A program made the translations under genes and the position numbers. Positions 43,998 to 52,750 of a stretch of 64,000 nucleotides of DNA are shown here, piece after piece. The DNA lies in the NCBI GenBank assembly GCA_963716175.1, contig OY970296.1:3968001-4032000 (forward strand), written 5' to 3'. Source of the DNA: an uncultured Armatimonadetes bacterium. Its GTDB lineage: Bacteria > Armatimonadota > Hebobacteria > Hebobacterales > Hebobacteraceae. Under the pieces are notes generated by a model. That model was not told the DNA's origin, searched no databases, and saw nothing but the letters and a program-made list of their open reading frames with translations. The first letter of the stretch is position 1. Every line of letters begins with the position of its first letter.

Positions 43998-44998
43998 CTG
44001 CCGGCGCCAGCCGCGGCAGACCGCATGAACTGCTGCAGTTCGTCGGCCGTGGGCAGCGCGGGTATCACCCCGTGTCTGGTGCAGGTGAGGGCCCCGGCGG
44101 CATTGGCATAGCTCATCACCTCGCGCAGCTCCTGGTCCGAAAGCTGGTGTCCGCGAGGAAACTGCATCAGGCGGGATAGCATGGCCGCGACGAAAGCATC
44201 CCCCGCTCCCAGGGGGTCCACCACCTCAACCTGGAACGCGGGCGCCTGGCCCCGGTGCTCCCCGCTGTCGTAATAGCACCCCCGCTCGCCCTGTGTCACC
44301 ACCACCAGCCCGGGCCCCGCCTCCCGCACCTTGCGCGCTCCCGCTTCCAGGTCGGGCGTGCCGGTGATGAATTCCCATTCCTCCTGGGCGCAGTGCACGA
44401 CCTGCGCTACCGGCATCACCTCCCAGATGCGTCCTCTCGCCTCCATCGGGTCCCGCCAGAGGGTGGGCCGCCAGTTGGGGTCATAGGAGATCAGGAGCGC
44501 CGCCTCCTTGGCCAGGTAAGCGGCGTGGATGGTGGCCTCGCGGGCCGGGGAGCGGCTGAGGCTGACGGAGCCGAAGTGGAAGAGCTTGGCAGACTGGAGA
44601 TAGTGGGCGTTCACCTCCTCCGCCGTGAGCAGCATGTCGGCCCCGGGGTTGCGGTAGAAGACGATGTCCTTCTGCCCGTCACTGCGGGTAGCGACGAAGG
44701 CCAGGGTGGTGCGAGCCCCGTCCGCGGTGCGAGCCCCGCGCCTGACGCTGGACACGCGCAAGCCCCGGGTCTCCACACCCGCGGCCCTCAGAGTATGCCG
44801 CAGGAACTGGCCAAAGGCATCATCGCCCACCTTGCCGATGAAGCCCGCACTCACCCCGAGCCGCGATAGGCCCACGGCCACATTGGCTGGCGCGCCTCCG
44901 GCCGCGCCGGCGAAGGTTGGGAGCTGATCCAGTGACACGTCCTTCTCGGTAGATACGAAGTCTATCAGCAGCTCGCCGAGTGTGATCGCTTCCGGCAT
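43994..44998 (-). CDS. PfkB-family carbohydrate kinase (fructokinase-like)
   Basis: LGELLIDF, GGAPANVAVGLSRLG, GKVGDDAFG, YDPNWRP.LW, DPLGAGDAF. Confidence 0.93.
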   Translation of the reverse strand: MPEAITLGELLIDFVSTEKDVSLDQLPTFAGAAGGAPANVAVGLSRLGVSAGFIGKVGDDAFGQFLRHTLRAAGVETRGLRVSSVRRGARTADGARTTLAFVATRSDGQKDIVFYRNPGADMLLTAEEVNAHYLQSAKLFHFGSVSLSRSPAREATIHAAYLAKEAALLISYDPNWRPTLWRDPMEARGRIWEVMPVAQVVHCAQEEWEFITGTPDLEAGARKVREAGPGLVVVTQGERGCYYDSGEHRGQAPAFQVEVVDPLGAGDAFVAAMLSRLMQFPRGHQLSDQELREVMSYANAAGALTCTRHGVIPALPTADELQQFMRSAAAGAGS

Positions 44999-45207
44999 GG
45001 TATCCTCGAGAGAACCAGAATGACGGTCGGCGCCGCGACGGCCCCTGTTTGACGCGGCGCCGGCCTGCTCCTGCCGCGGAGTCGGGGCCCGGCGCCCAAG
45101 CGCGGGCCGACAGGTGGCGCGAACGCTCGGCCCTTCGAGGTTCGAGGGTTGCCATAACCCGCCGCCCCGGCTAAGATTGGTGCAACTGCAGGGCATGTCG
45201 GAGTTCA

Positions 45208-45227
45208 CCCTGAGCGAAGCCGAAGGG
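45208..45227 (+). repeat. CCTGAGCGAAGNCGAAGG repeat (also 36525-36544 and 47574-47593)
   Basis: Three near-identical 20-mers with covarying ends (CCCT..AGGG vs TCCT..AGGA). Confidence 0.75.
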
Positions 45228-45267
45228 CATGCCCGCCGGCCGTTATTCTGTAGGGGGAAAATACTTG

Positions 45268-46515
45268 ATGCAGTTCCCTCGCATGACCGAGATCGAGCAG
45301 CGTCTCTACGCGCGCCGCATTGCCGATATTCCGGCGGCAGTTGGCCGCGCCTGCGCGGAGGCCGGGCTGAGAACGCGGATTCGGCCCGGCCAGCAGATTG
45401 GGATCACCGTGGGCAGCCGCGGCATCGCCAACATCGCCGAGATCACCCGGGCCGTGGCGACTGCGGTGAAGCAGATGGGCGGACGGCCTTTCATCCTGCC
45501 GGCCATGGGCAGCCACGGAGGCGCCACGGCCGCCGGCCAGACCGCGGTGCTGGCCTCCCTGGGCGTCACCCCTCGCTTTGTCGGGGCTCCCATCCGGGCT
45601 TCTATGGCCGTGACCAGGCTGGGCAAGACCAGCGGCGGTGTGGAGGTCTTCGTCAGCGCGGAGGCGCTGCGGGCCGATGGCGTGATCGTGATGAACCGGA
45701 TCAAACAGCACACCGATTTCGCCGGCGAGTACGAGAGCGGGCTGGTGAAGATGCTGGCCATCGGTCTGGGAAAGCGCGCCGGCGCCGCTGCCATGCACGG
45801 TCGGCGCTGCGCCAGCCTGCGGCAGGATCTCCCGGAGGCGGCGCGCATGATCCTGCGCCGCGCCCCCATCATCGCCGGCCTGGCGCTGCTGGAGAACGGC
45901 TACAACCAGCCGGCTCAGATCGTGGGCCTCGCCCCGGAAGACATCCCCGCCCGCGAGCCGGCCCTGCTGCGCCGGGTGCGGCGCAACGCGGCCCGCCTGC
46001 CCTTCCCCGGGCTGGATCTGCTGGTCGTGGACTGGATCGGCAAGGATGTCAGCGGCATCGGCCTGGACAGCCACGTGATCTGCCGCCGCATGATCTGGGA
46101 GGAACCAGAGGAGTTCCGCGGGACCAGGATCCAGCTCATCGCCGCGCTGGACCTGACGGAGGGGTCCCACGGCAACGCTCTCGGTGTGGGCCTAGCCGAC
46201 CTCATCACCGAGCGGCTGCTGCGCAAGATAGACATGGAGGACTTGAAGACCAACGTCCTCCACACCGGCTGGCTGAACCGGGCCAAGATTCCGCTGTCGT
46301 TTCGCAATGATCGAGAGGTGATGGGCGCGGCTCTGGTCGCGCTGGGGCGTCCCGGTTCGCGGCAGGTCCGCATCGCGCGCATTCAGGACACCCTGCACCT
46401 GGGGCGGCTGTGGATTTCGGAGGGCCTGCTGCCAGAGGCGCGAAGGCACCCGAAGATCACCGTGCTCGGCAAGCCGGCGGCGATGCAGTTCGACCGGCAC
46501 GGGAACTTCAAGTGA
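45268..46515 (+). CDS. LarA-like / DUF362-type (lactate racemase N-terminal domain) protein
   Basis: ITVGSRGIANI, PAMGSHGGATA.GQ, NRIKQHTDF.G.YESGLVKM..IGLGK, GKDVSG.GLD, SHGNALGVGLAD. Confidence 0.85.
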   Translation: MQFPRMTEIEQRLYARRIADIPAAVGRACAEAGLRTRIRPGQQIGITVGSRGIANIAEITRAVATAVKQMGGRPFILPAMGSHGGATAAGQTAVLASLGVTPRFVGAPIRASMAVTRLGKTSGGVEVFVSAEALRADGVIVMNRIKQHTDFAGEYESGLVKMLAIGLGKRAGAAAMHGRRCASLRQDLPEAARMILRRAPIIAGLALLENGYNQPAQIVGLAPEDIPAREPALLRRVRRNAARLPFPGLDLLVVDWIGKDVSGIGLDSHVICRRMIWEEPEEFRGTRIQLIAALDLTEGSHGNALGVGLADLITERLLRKIDMEDLKTNVLHTGWLNRAKIPLSFRNDREVMGAALVALGRPGSRQVRIARIQDTLHLGRLWISEGLLPEARRHPKITVLGKPAAMQFDRHGNFK

Positions 46516-46524
46516 CGGAGTTCT

Positions 46525-46577
46525 GTAGGGCGGGGTCTCTCGACCCCGCCAGGCTGGCATGGGCATGCCAGCCCTCC
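46525..46577. repeat. REP-like doublet between convergent genes
   Basis: GTAG-GGCGGGGTC-TCTC-GACCCCGCC followed by GGCTGGCAT-GGGC-ATGCCAGCC. Confidence 0.7.
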
Positions 46578-46579
46578 AA

Positions 46580-47446
46580 CTACCAAGGGATAACCAATCG
46601 CTGAATTGCGTTTGAGACTGCGCTCTCGTTGTTGGTGAGAGGTGAGACCCAGTCGGCCACCGCTTTCACCTCCGCCTGAGCGTTGGCAACAGCCACCCCG
46701 CAGCCGGCCCACTCCAGCATGGAGGCGTCGTTGTAGTTGTCGCCGAAGGCCAGGGTCAGCGACTGCTCCACCCCGTAATGGGCGGCGACGGCGGCGAGAG
46801 CGATGCCCTTGTTGGCATGTCGGTGGTAGAACTCCAGGTACTCGGGGTTGGTGCGCATCACTGTCACCTCTGATCCCCAACGCGCCTGCCACACTTCATA
46901 CAGCTCGTCGCGATGGCGGGGGTCGGGCCGGTCTGGCACCGCGGGGTCGGTGACGATGATGAGCTTGGTGGGCTCCCGGCCGCGGAAGCGTTCCAGGTCG
47001 GGGAGGAAGTGGAAGACCGCGCCGGTCTGCCGGGAGTACAGGTCGGCGAAGCGCCGCAGCTCGGGATCATCCCTGGCGTAGAGTGTTTCATCCAGGTAGT
47101 AGTTGAGGTGGAACCGCTCTCGCCGGGTGTAGTCAACCAGCTCGTCGGCATAGCGCGCCGGCAGGCCTCTCTCCAGGATCACCTTGCCACTGGTGGCGAC
47201 CGCCTCCCGCGCCAGGGCGCCGTTGTAGCCGATGGTTGGGCCGTCCAGGCCAAGGCGATCGAAAAAGGGGCGGATGTTGGCGGTCATGCGGCCGGAGGCG
47301 AGCACCACCAGGCCGCCGGCCCGGGCGAAGCCTCGCAGCGCCTCTGCGTCCGGGGAGGAGATCTCACCCTCGTCGTTCAACAGAGTGCGGTCGAGGTCGA
47401 GCGCGATCAGGCGAAACGGTCTCGCCGCGGGCAATGAGGCGCTCAT
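46580..47446 (-). CDS. Cof-type HAD-IIB hydrolase
   Basis: IALDLDRTLL, LASGR, YNGA, NKG.AL, AFGDNYNDASML..AG.GVAVANA. Confidence 0.94.
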   Translation of the reverse strand: MSASLPAARPFRLIALDLDRTLLNDEGEISSPDAEALRGFARAGGLVVLASGRMTANIRPFFDRLGLDGPTIGYNGALAREAVATSGKVILERGLPARYADELVDYTRRERFHLNYYLDETLYARDDPELRRFADLYSRQTGAVFHFLPDLERFRGREPTKLIIVTDPAVPDRPDPRHRDELYEVWQARWGSEVTVMRTNPEYLEFYHRHANKGIALAAVAAHYGVEQSLTLAFGDNYNDASMLEWAGCGVAVANAQAEVKAVADWVSPLTNNESAVSNAIQRLVIPW

Positions 47447-47605
47447 GCCGGGCTTGTTCGTGAGACTGGCCTGCTGTCCCTGCCTTTGCCTAGGCGGGGG
47501 CCGACATGTGGTATATCTCCCCTGGAGCGTCTAGTGGAACCCGGTGGTGGCCGGCCAGGCGCGGTGGGACCCGTCCTGAGCGAAGCCGAAGGAAAGGAGA
47601 CGGTG

Positions 47606-48037
47606 ATGGGAGATAAGAAGGCGATTGGGTTGGCGCTGGCGGTTCTGCTGATGGGCGCGGTAGCGATCTCCGTGGGCTTGACGATGGCCCGGGGCGCGGC
47701 CGGCGAGGAGCAGCCGGTAGGACGTTTTCAGATGGCGGTGCCGGACCTGATTCTGGACACGGCCACCGGCAAGCTCGTGACTGCAGGAGGGCAGACGCTG
47801 CAGCCGCCGGTGGACCCAAGTGGCAAAGACGTCGGCCGGTACAGCGTGGACGGCTATGTCACCGCGGTGACGAGATATGTGGGCCTTGACGTGCTCAACC
47901 AGCCCACCATGGGCGTGGACGTGGTGAAGGGCTACGTGCTGGGCGACACCAAGACCGGGCGCATCCTGAAGCAGGCCATATACTATTCTCAGCCCATTCA
48001 GCCCGGCGAGTTGTCCATGCAAGCAGGCGGCATGTAG
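47606..48037 (+). CDS. Secreted hypothetical protein with an internal repeat
   Basis: SD AAGGAG; signal peptide; VGRF..LDTATGKL and VGRY..GDTKTGRI. Confidence 0.75.
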   Translation: MGDKKAIGLALAVLLMGAVAISVGLTMARGAAGEEQPVGRFQMAVPDLILDTATGKLVTAGGQTLQPPVDPSGKDVGRYSVDGYVTAVTRYVGLDVLNQPTMGVDVVKGYVLGDTKTGRILKQAIYYSQPIQPGELSMQAGGM

Positions 48038-48175
48038 CCTGTTCAGTACTCAGGAACGCGAGCTTGGGCGGCCGGCGCGCGCCGGCCGTGCTGGTTTGGC
48101 TCTATTTCATCAGCAGTGGTGGGGATGATGTTTTAGCTTGTGAACAAAGTCAGGTCATTCCTCTGCTCCCCTGCA

Positions 48176-48205
48176 TTGACTGCCTCCCTTTGGCCGAAGT
48201 ATCCT
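48176..48205 (+). promoter_or_regulatory. Sigma70-type promoter
   Basis: TTGACT-N18-TATCCT. Confidence 0.5.
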
Positions 48206-48302
48206 GTTCGGTGTTCTGGAGACAGACGGGTGGAGTGCCCACTAAGGGGGTTGTACCCGACGGACCAGGGGTAGCTAACTGCCACCAGCCAGGAATGGGG
48301 GA

Positions 48303-48500
48303 ATGACAGTGATGGAAAGGCAGACGGCGATCGAGGCAGGCTGGTTCCCACTCCAAGGTTCGTATGAGGAGGCGGTGCTGAGCTGGCATGAGCAGGTCGA
48401 GATGTCGTTTCGGAGGCGTGCTCTCGAGGCTCAGCGGACAGGCCAGGCGACGCGGGTTCGGCCCATCGAACGCAAATCGGTGTCGGCAGTATCTGACTAG
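48303..48500 (+). CDS. Small hypothetical protein (65 aa)
   Basis: Purine-rich SD GGGGG before ATG, promoter upstream, hairpins downstream. Confidence 0.5.
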   Translation: MTVMERQTAIEAGWFPLQGSYEEAVLSWHEQVEMSFRRRALEAQRTGQATRVRPIERKSVSAVSD

Positions 48501-48777
48501 CAGCAACCCGCAGGTGCGACGGATCGCCAGCGGGGAGAAGACAGCAGGATAGCTGAAGATGGCGGAGCGGCCATCTTCCAAGGGCGAAGGGCGGAGTTGA
48601 TCCGCCCTTCTCGTTTGGCCCTGGAGCAGCGGACAACGCGGCCGCGGAGCCAAGAGGGTGGAGTCGGCCCGCCCTCTTCGTTTGCCCCAGGGAGGGCAGC
48701 GAGGCCGGCCGTGGAAGATGGCAGACAGCTTCGACGGAGCGCGGGTAGCGATGGGACCTTCGCTCGCAGGCACCTCC

Positions 48778-49272
48778 ATGGCACGGCGCGTCATCACCGC
48801 GATCATCATCACCTACCTGCTAGCCGTGCTGCAGACCACCTTGGGCCATCAGATCGCAATCCTCGGCGTGGCTCCGGACCTGCTCTTCCTGTGGACCGTG
48901 GCGGTGGGCCTGCTCAGCGGCAGCACCGCCGGAGCCCTGGTCGGCTTCGGCTCCGGGCTGCTGCAGGGCGGGCTCACGCAGGCCTGGGTCGGGGCGTTCG
49001 CGATGAGCAAGACCATCAGCGGTTTCTCCGCTGGCTGGCTCGCCACCAAGCTGTCGCGCGAGAACTGGGCGGTGCCCTCCCTGTGCGCGGCTCTCCTCAC
49101 CCTGGTCAATGACGGTATCTTCCTGCTGATCTCGGGCGCCGGTGGCGGCGGCCAGCCTGGCCGCACCCTCGCGCTGCGAGTTCTCTATCACGGCGCGTTG
49201 GCTCCAATCGCCTTCGCCCTCACGGCCCAGGGGCGCCGAGTCCTGCTGGGCCGCCGGGAGGAGTTGGCCTAG
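48778..49272 (+). CDS. mreD: Rod shape-determining protein MreD
   Basis: LQTT..IAILGVAPDLL, G..VGFGSGLLQ; directly upstream of PBP2. Confidence 0.85.
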   Translation: MARRVITAIIITYLLAVLQTTLGHQIAILGVAPDLLFLWTVAVGLLSGSTAGALVGFGSGLLQGGLTQAWVGAFAMSKTISGFSAGWLATKLSRENWAVPSLCAALLTLVNDGIFLLISGAGGGGQPGRTLALRVLYHGALAPIAFALTAQGRRVLLGRREELA

Positions 49273-49275
49273 GCC

Positions 49276-51063
49276 ATGACCGTTCGGCTCATTGTGATGC
49301 GGGCGATAGTGGTGGCTGCATTCGCACTCATCTTCGGCCGGTTGGTGCAGCTTCAGCTCCTGGAGGGAGAGCGGAACCGGAAGCTGGCCGACGAGAACCG
49401 GATTCGCGTGATGCGGCGCCTCGCGCCGCGAGGAACCATCTATGACCGCCGCGGCCGTTTGCTCGCGAGCAGTCGGCTGGCGTTCTCCATCTCTGCCATC
49501 CCCCAGGAGGTGGAGGTCAGCGGGCAGACTGACAGGGCCGCGGGGATCGCCCAGGTGCTGGGCCTACCGGTCGGCGAGGTGCGGCGCGCCTTCACTCAAT
49601 CCGGCCCGGCGCAGCATGAGTCCGTCCTCCTGTGGCGGAACGCGAGCCCCGACGTGGTGGCGCGACTGGAGGAGCACGGCGTGTACCTGGCCGGCCTGAA
49701 TCTGGTGGCCGACGCGGTGCGCTACTACCCCCACGGCGCGCTGGCGGCCCATACCCTTGGCTATGTGCGCGAGATCAGTCCTGAGGACCTGGCCCGGACG
49801 GGAGATGACGGCTACCGGCCGGGCGACTTGATCGGGAAAGCAGGCGTCGAGAAAGTGGCCGAGCCAGCCCTGCGGGGCACGGACGGGGGAGACCAGATTG
49901 AGGTAGACGCGCGGGGCCGCCGGGTGCGCACCCTCGGCACAGTGCCCCCTCAGCCTGGCCGCAGCGTCTGGCTGACCCTCGACCTGGACCTGCAGCGAGC
50001 GGCGGAAGAGGCCCTGGGCGACCGGGCGGGCGCGGTGGTGGCCCTGGACCCGGCCACCGGAGAGGTGCTCGCCCTGGTCAGCCATCCCGCCTATGACCTG
50101 AACCTCTTCTCCACCACCCTGAGTCCGGGGCAGTGGCGCCAGCTACGGGAGCCTGACCATCCCCTGCAGAATCGAGCAATCGGCTCCCGCTACGAGCCCG
50201 GCTCCGTATTCAAGATCATCACCGCCGCGGCCGCGCTGGAGGCCGGGGTCACCGATGTCAACGATCGCTTCTACTGCGACGGAACCTATTCACTGGGCAG
50301 CTGGCGCCTCCGCTGCTGGCGGCGTGAGGGACATGGGGCGGAGGATTTCATGCATGGATTCGCCCAGTCCTGTAACGTGATGTTCGCCATCCTGGGCCGC
50401 CGGGTGGGCCCTGAGAAGCTGGCCGAGATGGCACGCCGGTTTGGCCTGGGCGAGCACGTCGGCCTCGACCTCCCGGACGAAGCCGCCGGCCTGATCCCAA
50501 GCCCGGCCTGGAAAGAGCGAGTGCGGAAGCAGCCGTGGTATCCGGGCGATACCGCGCAGATGGCCATCGGTCAGAGCGAGTGCCTGGTGACCCCGCTGCA
50601 GGTGGCGCGGGAGGTGGCAGCGGTGGCCAATGGTGGCTACCTGGTCACTCCCCACTTGCTAGCTCGCGTCGCAGGAGACGAGCACTACCAGCCCTCTGCC
50701 AGCAAGCGCTCTCTGGGCCTGCGGCCCGCGACCATTGCCGCCCTCCGCGCCGGCATGGAGGCGGTGGTGGCAGAGGGCGGATCCGCCCACGGAATGGCCA
50801 CCGATAGCTACGGCATCGCCGGCAAGACCGGCACCGCGCAGAACCCGAACGGCCTTCCGCATGCCTGGTTCGCCGGCTATGCCCCCAGCGACCGGCCGAG
50901 GATTGCCATCGCGGTGCTGGTCGAGCACGGCGGCGGCGGCAGTGCGACCGCAGCCCCCATTGCCCGCCACGTGTTCGACGCCATGCTCCTTCCGCCGGAT
51001 CGGCGGTCGCCCCGGCCTCGGAGGCTGACCACTATAGCCGCGGCCCCTGGCCAGGAGCGCTAA
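49276..51063 (+). CDS. mrdA: Penicillin-binding protein 2
   Basis: APRGTIYDRRG, RYYP, IGKAGVE, PGSVFK (SxxK), SCN, GKTGTAQ. Confidence 0.95.
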   Translation: MTVRLIVMRAIVVAAFALIFGRLVQLQLLEGERNRKLADENRIRVMRRLAPRGTIYDRRGRLLASSRLAFSISAIPQEVEVSGQTDRAAGIAQVLGLPVGEVRRAFTQSGPAQHESVLLWRNASPDVVARLEEHGVYLAGLNLVADAVRYYPHGALAAHTLGYVREISPEDLARTGDDGYRPGDLIGKAGVEKVAEPALRGTDGGDQIEVDARGRRVRTLGTVPPQPGRSVWLTLDLDLQRAAEEALGDRAGAVVALDPATGEVLALVSHPAYDLNLFSTTLSPGQWRQLREPDHPLQNRAIGSRYEPGSVFKIITAAAALEAGVTDVNDRFYCDGTYSLGSWRLRCWRREGHGAEDFMHGFAQSCNVMFAILGRRVGPEKLAEMARRFGLGEHVGLDLPDEAAGLIPSPAWKERVRKQPWYPGDTAQMAIGQSECLVTPLQVAREVAAVANGGYLVTPHLLARVAGDEHYQPSASKRSLGLRPATIAALRAGMEAVVAEGGSAHGMATDSYGIAGKTGTAQNPNGLPHAWFAGYAPSDRPRIAIAVLVEHGGGGSATAAPIARHVFDAMLLPPDRRSPRPRRLTTIAAAPGQER

Positions 51064-51069
51064 GGCCCC

Positions 51070-51898
51070 GTGACCAGACTGCTGGCCGCGCTGGCCGCCG
51101 TGATGCTGGCTTCGCCGGCCGGGGCCCAGGTGACGCTGAGCTACCAGGGCCCGACGGGCCGGGTGGCGGACTATCGGTTGTCGCTCCAGGCCAGCGGCGA
51201 GCAGACCAGCCTCGGTGAGCGCCGGCCCATAGCGGTGCAGGCCGAGTTCGAGCTGCGGGAAGAGGTGGTAGCGACCGGGCCGGCCGACAGCTTTCTGCTG
51301 CATGTCCAGGCACGGCCGCTGGCGGTGAAGGACCCGACGGGTACCTTCGCCACAGGAGAGCGGAGCCGGTTCCCAGAGGTGGAGCTTCTGGTGACGCACC
51401 GGGGGGAGGTGCTGTCATCGCGGATTGGGACCGCCGGGGAAACTGGTCCGTTCGAGCGTGCCTTTGCCTCCCTGATGATGGCGCCGGGGCTGGTGGTGCT
51501 TCCTACCGGCCCGGCGGTGGTGGGAGAAGAGTGGACCTGGGAGGAAGCAGGCGCTTTCCAGCGTAGCAGGCTGCTGTCAGTGGTGGACGGAGCAGCGGGA
51601 CGCGTGGCGAAGATCGCCACCTCGGCTCGCTCACCCCTCCGGCTGGAGGAGAGGAGCGAAGCCCTCGGAGTCACCGCCCATTCTCGCGGGAGAGGAGACA
51701 GGGGCGTCCGAGTTGGAGTTGCTGCTGGACACGGGCACCACACTGCGCCACAAGGGAGAAACACACCTGACGACGAATGGTGAGATAAGCCTGCAATTGT
51801 CGCAGGGCGCCAGGAGGTTCCCGGTGAGCAGCAAGATGCGGGTCAGGTTCGACCTCAGGCTGGTGCGGGTTGACGGCCGGCCTGTGGCTCGGAAGTGA
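51070..51898 (+). CDS. Exported hypothetical protein (frameshift near 51680)
   Basis: Signal peptide; LPTGPAVVGEEW; reading continues in the frame of ORF 51713-51898. Confidence 0.65.
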
Positions 51899-51916
51899 CC
51901 GGGGCGAGGCCTGCTC

Positions 51917-52711
51917 GTGGCTGGCGCGGTACCGCAAGCCCTGATCTTGGCCGGCAGGATTGTGTGCTGCGCGCTTATCGCCTTTGCTGGCGCTTACTTC
52001 ATCCTGTCCGCCTGGCTCAGCCGCAAGATCAGCAGCACGGAGGCGGGCCTGCTGCTGCTCGGGCTGCTCATCCTCCAGTTCCTGGGGGTCTCCGTCTCGC
52101 TCCAGGGCGGGCCCGGCATCCTGCTGCTGATAGTTGCCGTCCTGGGTGTTCCCGCCGGCTTCTGCCTGCTGGCCAGAAGAGCGGATCGGCGGCTGGTGAA
52201 TGCCCTGGAGGGAGCGGATATCGCCAAGTACCGGGCGGCGATGGATCTGGATCCCAGGAATGTGGCCGCGCATTCCCTGCTGGCCGACACCTATCGCCGC
52301 ACGGGGAGGCTCGAGCTCGCCATCGCCGAGTACCGGGCCGCGCTCCAGATTGACCCCAGCCTGCAGACGGAGCGCTACTGGATCCGACGACTAGAGGAGC
52401 GGCTCGAACGGCAGGGCCGGAAGCAGATGTCCTGCCCACGGTGTGGCGTGATCCGCCCGCTGGGTGCCGAGCTTTGTCCGGAGTGCGGCCGGTGGTATTC
52501 CACCATCGAGACCTCGCTGCACTCGGTGCGATTCATGAGGCCGGCCCGCAAGCTCGCCTGGGCGGGTGCGATAGGGGCGGCGCTGGTAGCTCTGGCGGAG
52601 GCGATGGCCCTGGCGCCGCGAGCGATGGGCTGGGTGGGAATGGGGGCGGTGTTCCTGGCGCCGATCGCGCTGATTGCGATCAGCGCCCGCGCCCGGCGCC
52701 GCATGGGATGA
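51917..52711 (+). CDS. Membrane protein with TPR and double zinc ribbon
   Basis: 3 N-terminal TM, DPRNVAAHSLLA..AL.IDP, CPRCG..CPECG, 2 C-terminal TM. Confidence 0.8.
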   Translation: MAGAVPQALILAGRIVCCALIAFAGAYFILSAWLSRKISSTEAGLLLLGLLILQFLGVSVSLQGGPGILLLIVAVLGVPAGFCLLARRADRRLVNALEGADIAKYRAAMDLDPRNVAAHSLLADTYRRTGRLELAIAEYRAALQIDPSLQTERYWIRRLEERLERQGRKQMSCPRCGVIRPLGAELCPECGRWYSTIETSLHSVRFMRPARKLAWAGAIGAALVALAEAMALAPRAMGWVGMGAVFLAPIALIAISARARRRMG

Positions 52712-52750
52712 CCTGGCTGGAGAGCCTTGATAGACCAAGGAGCAGACAAC

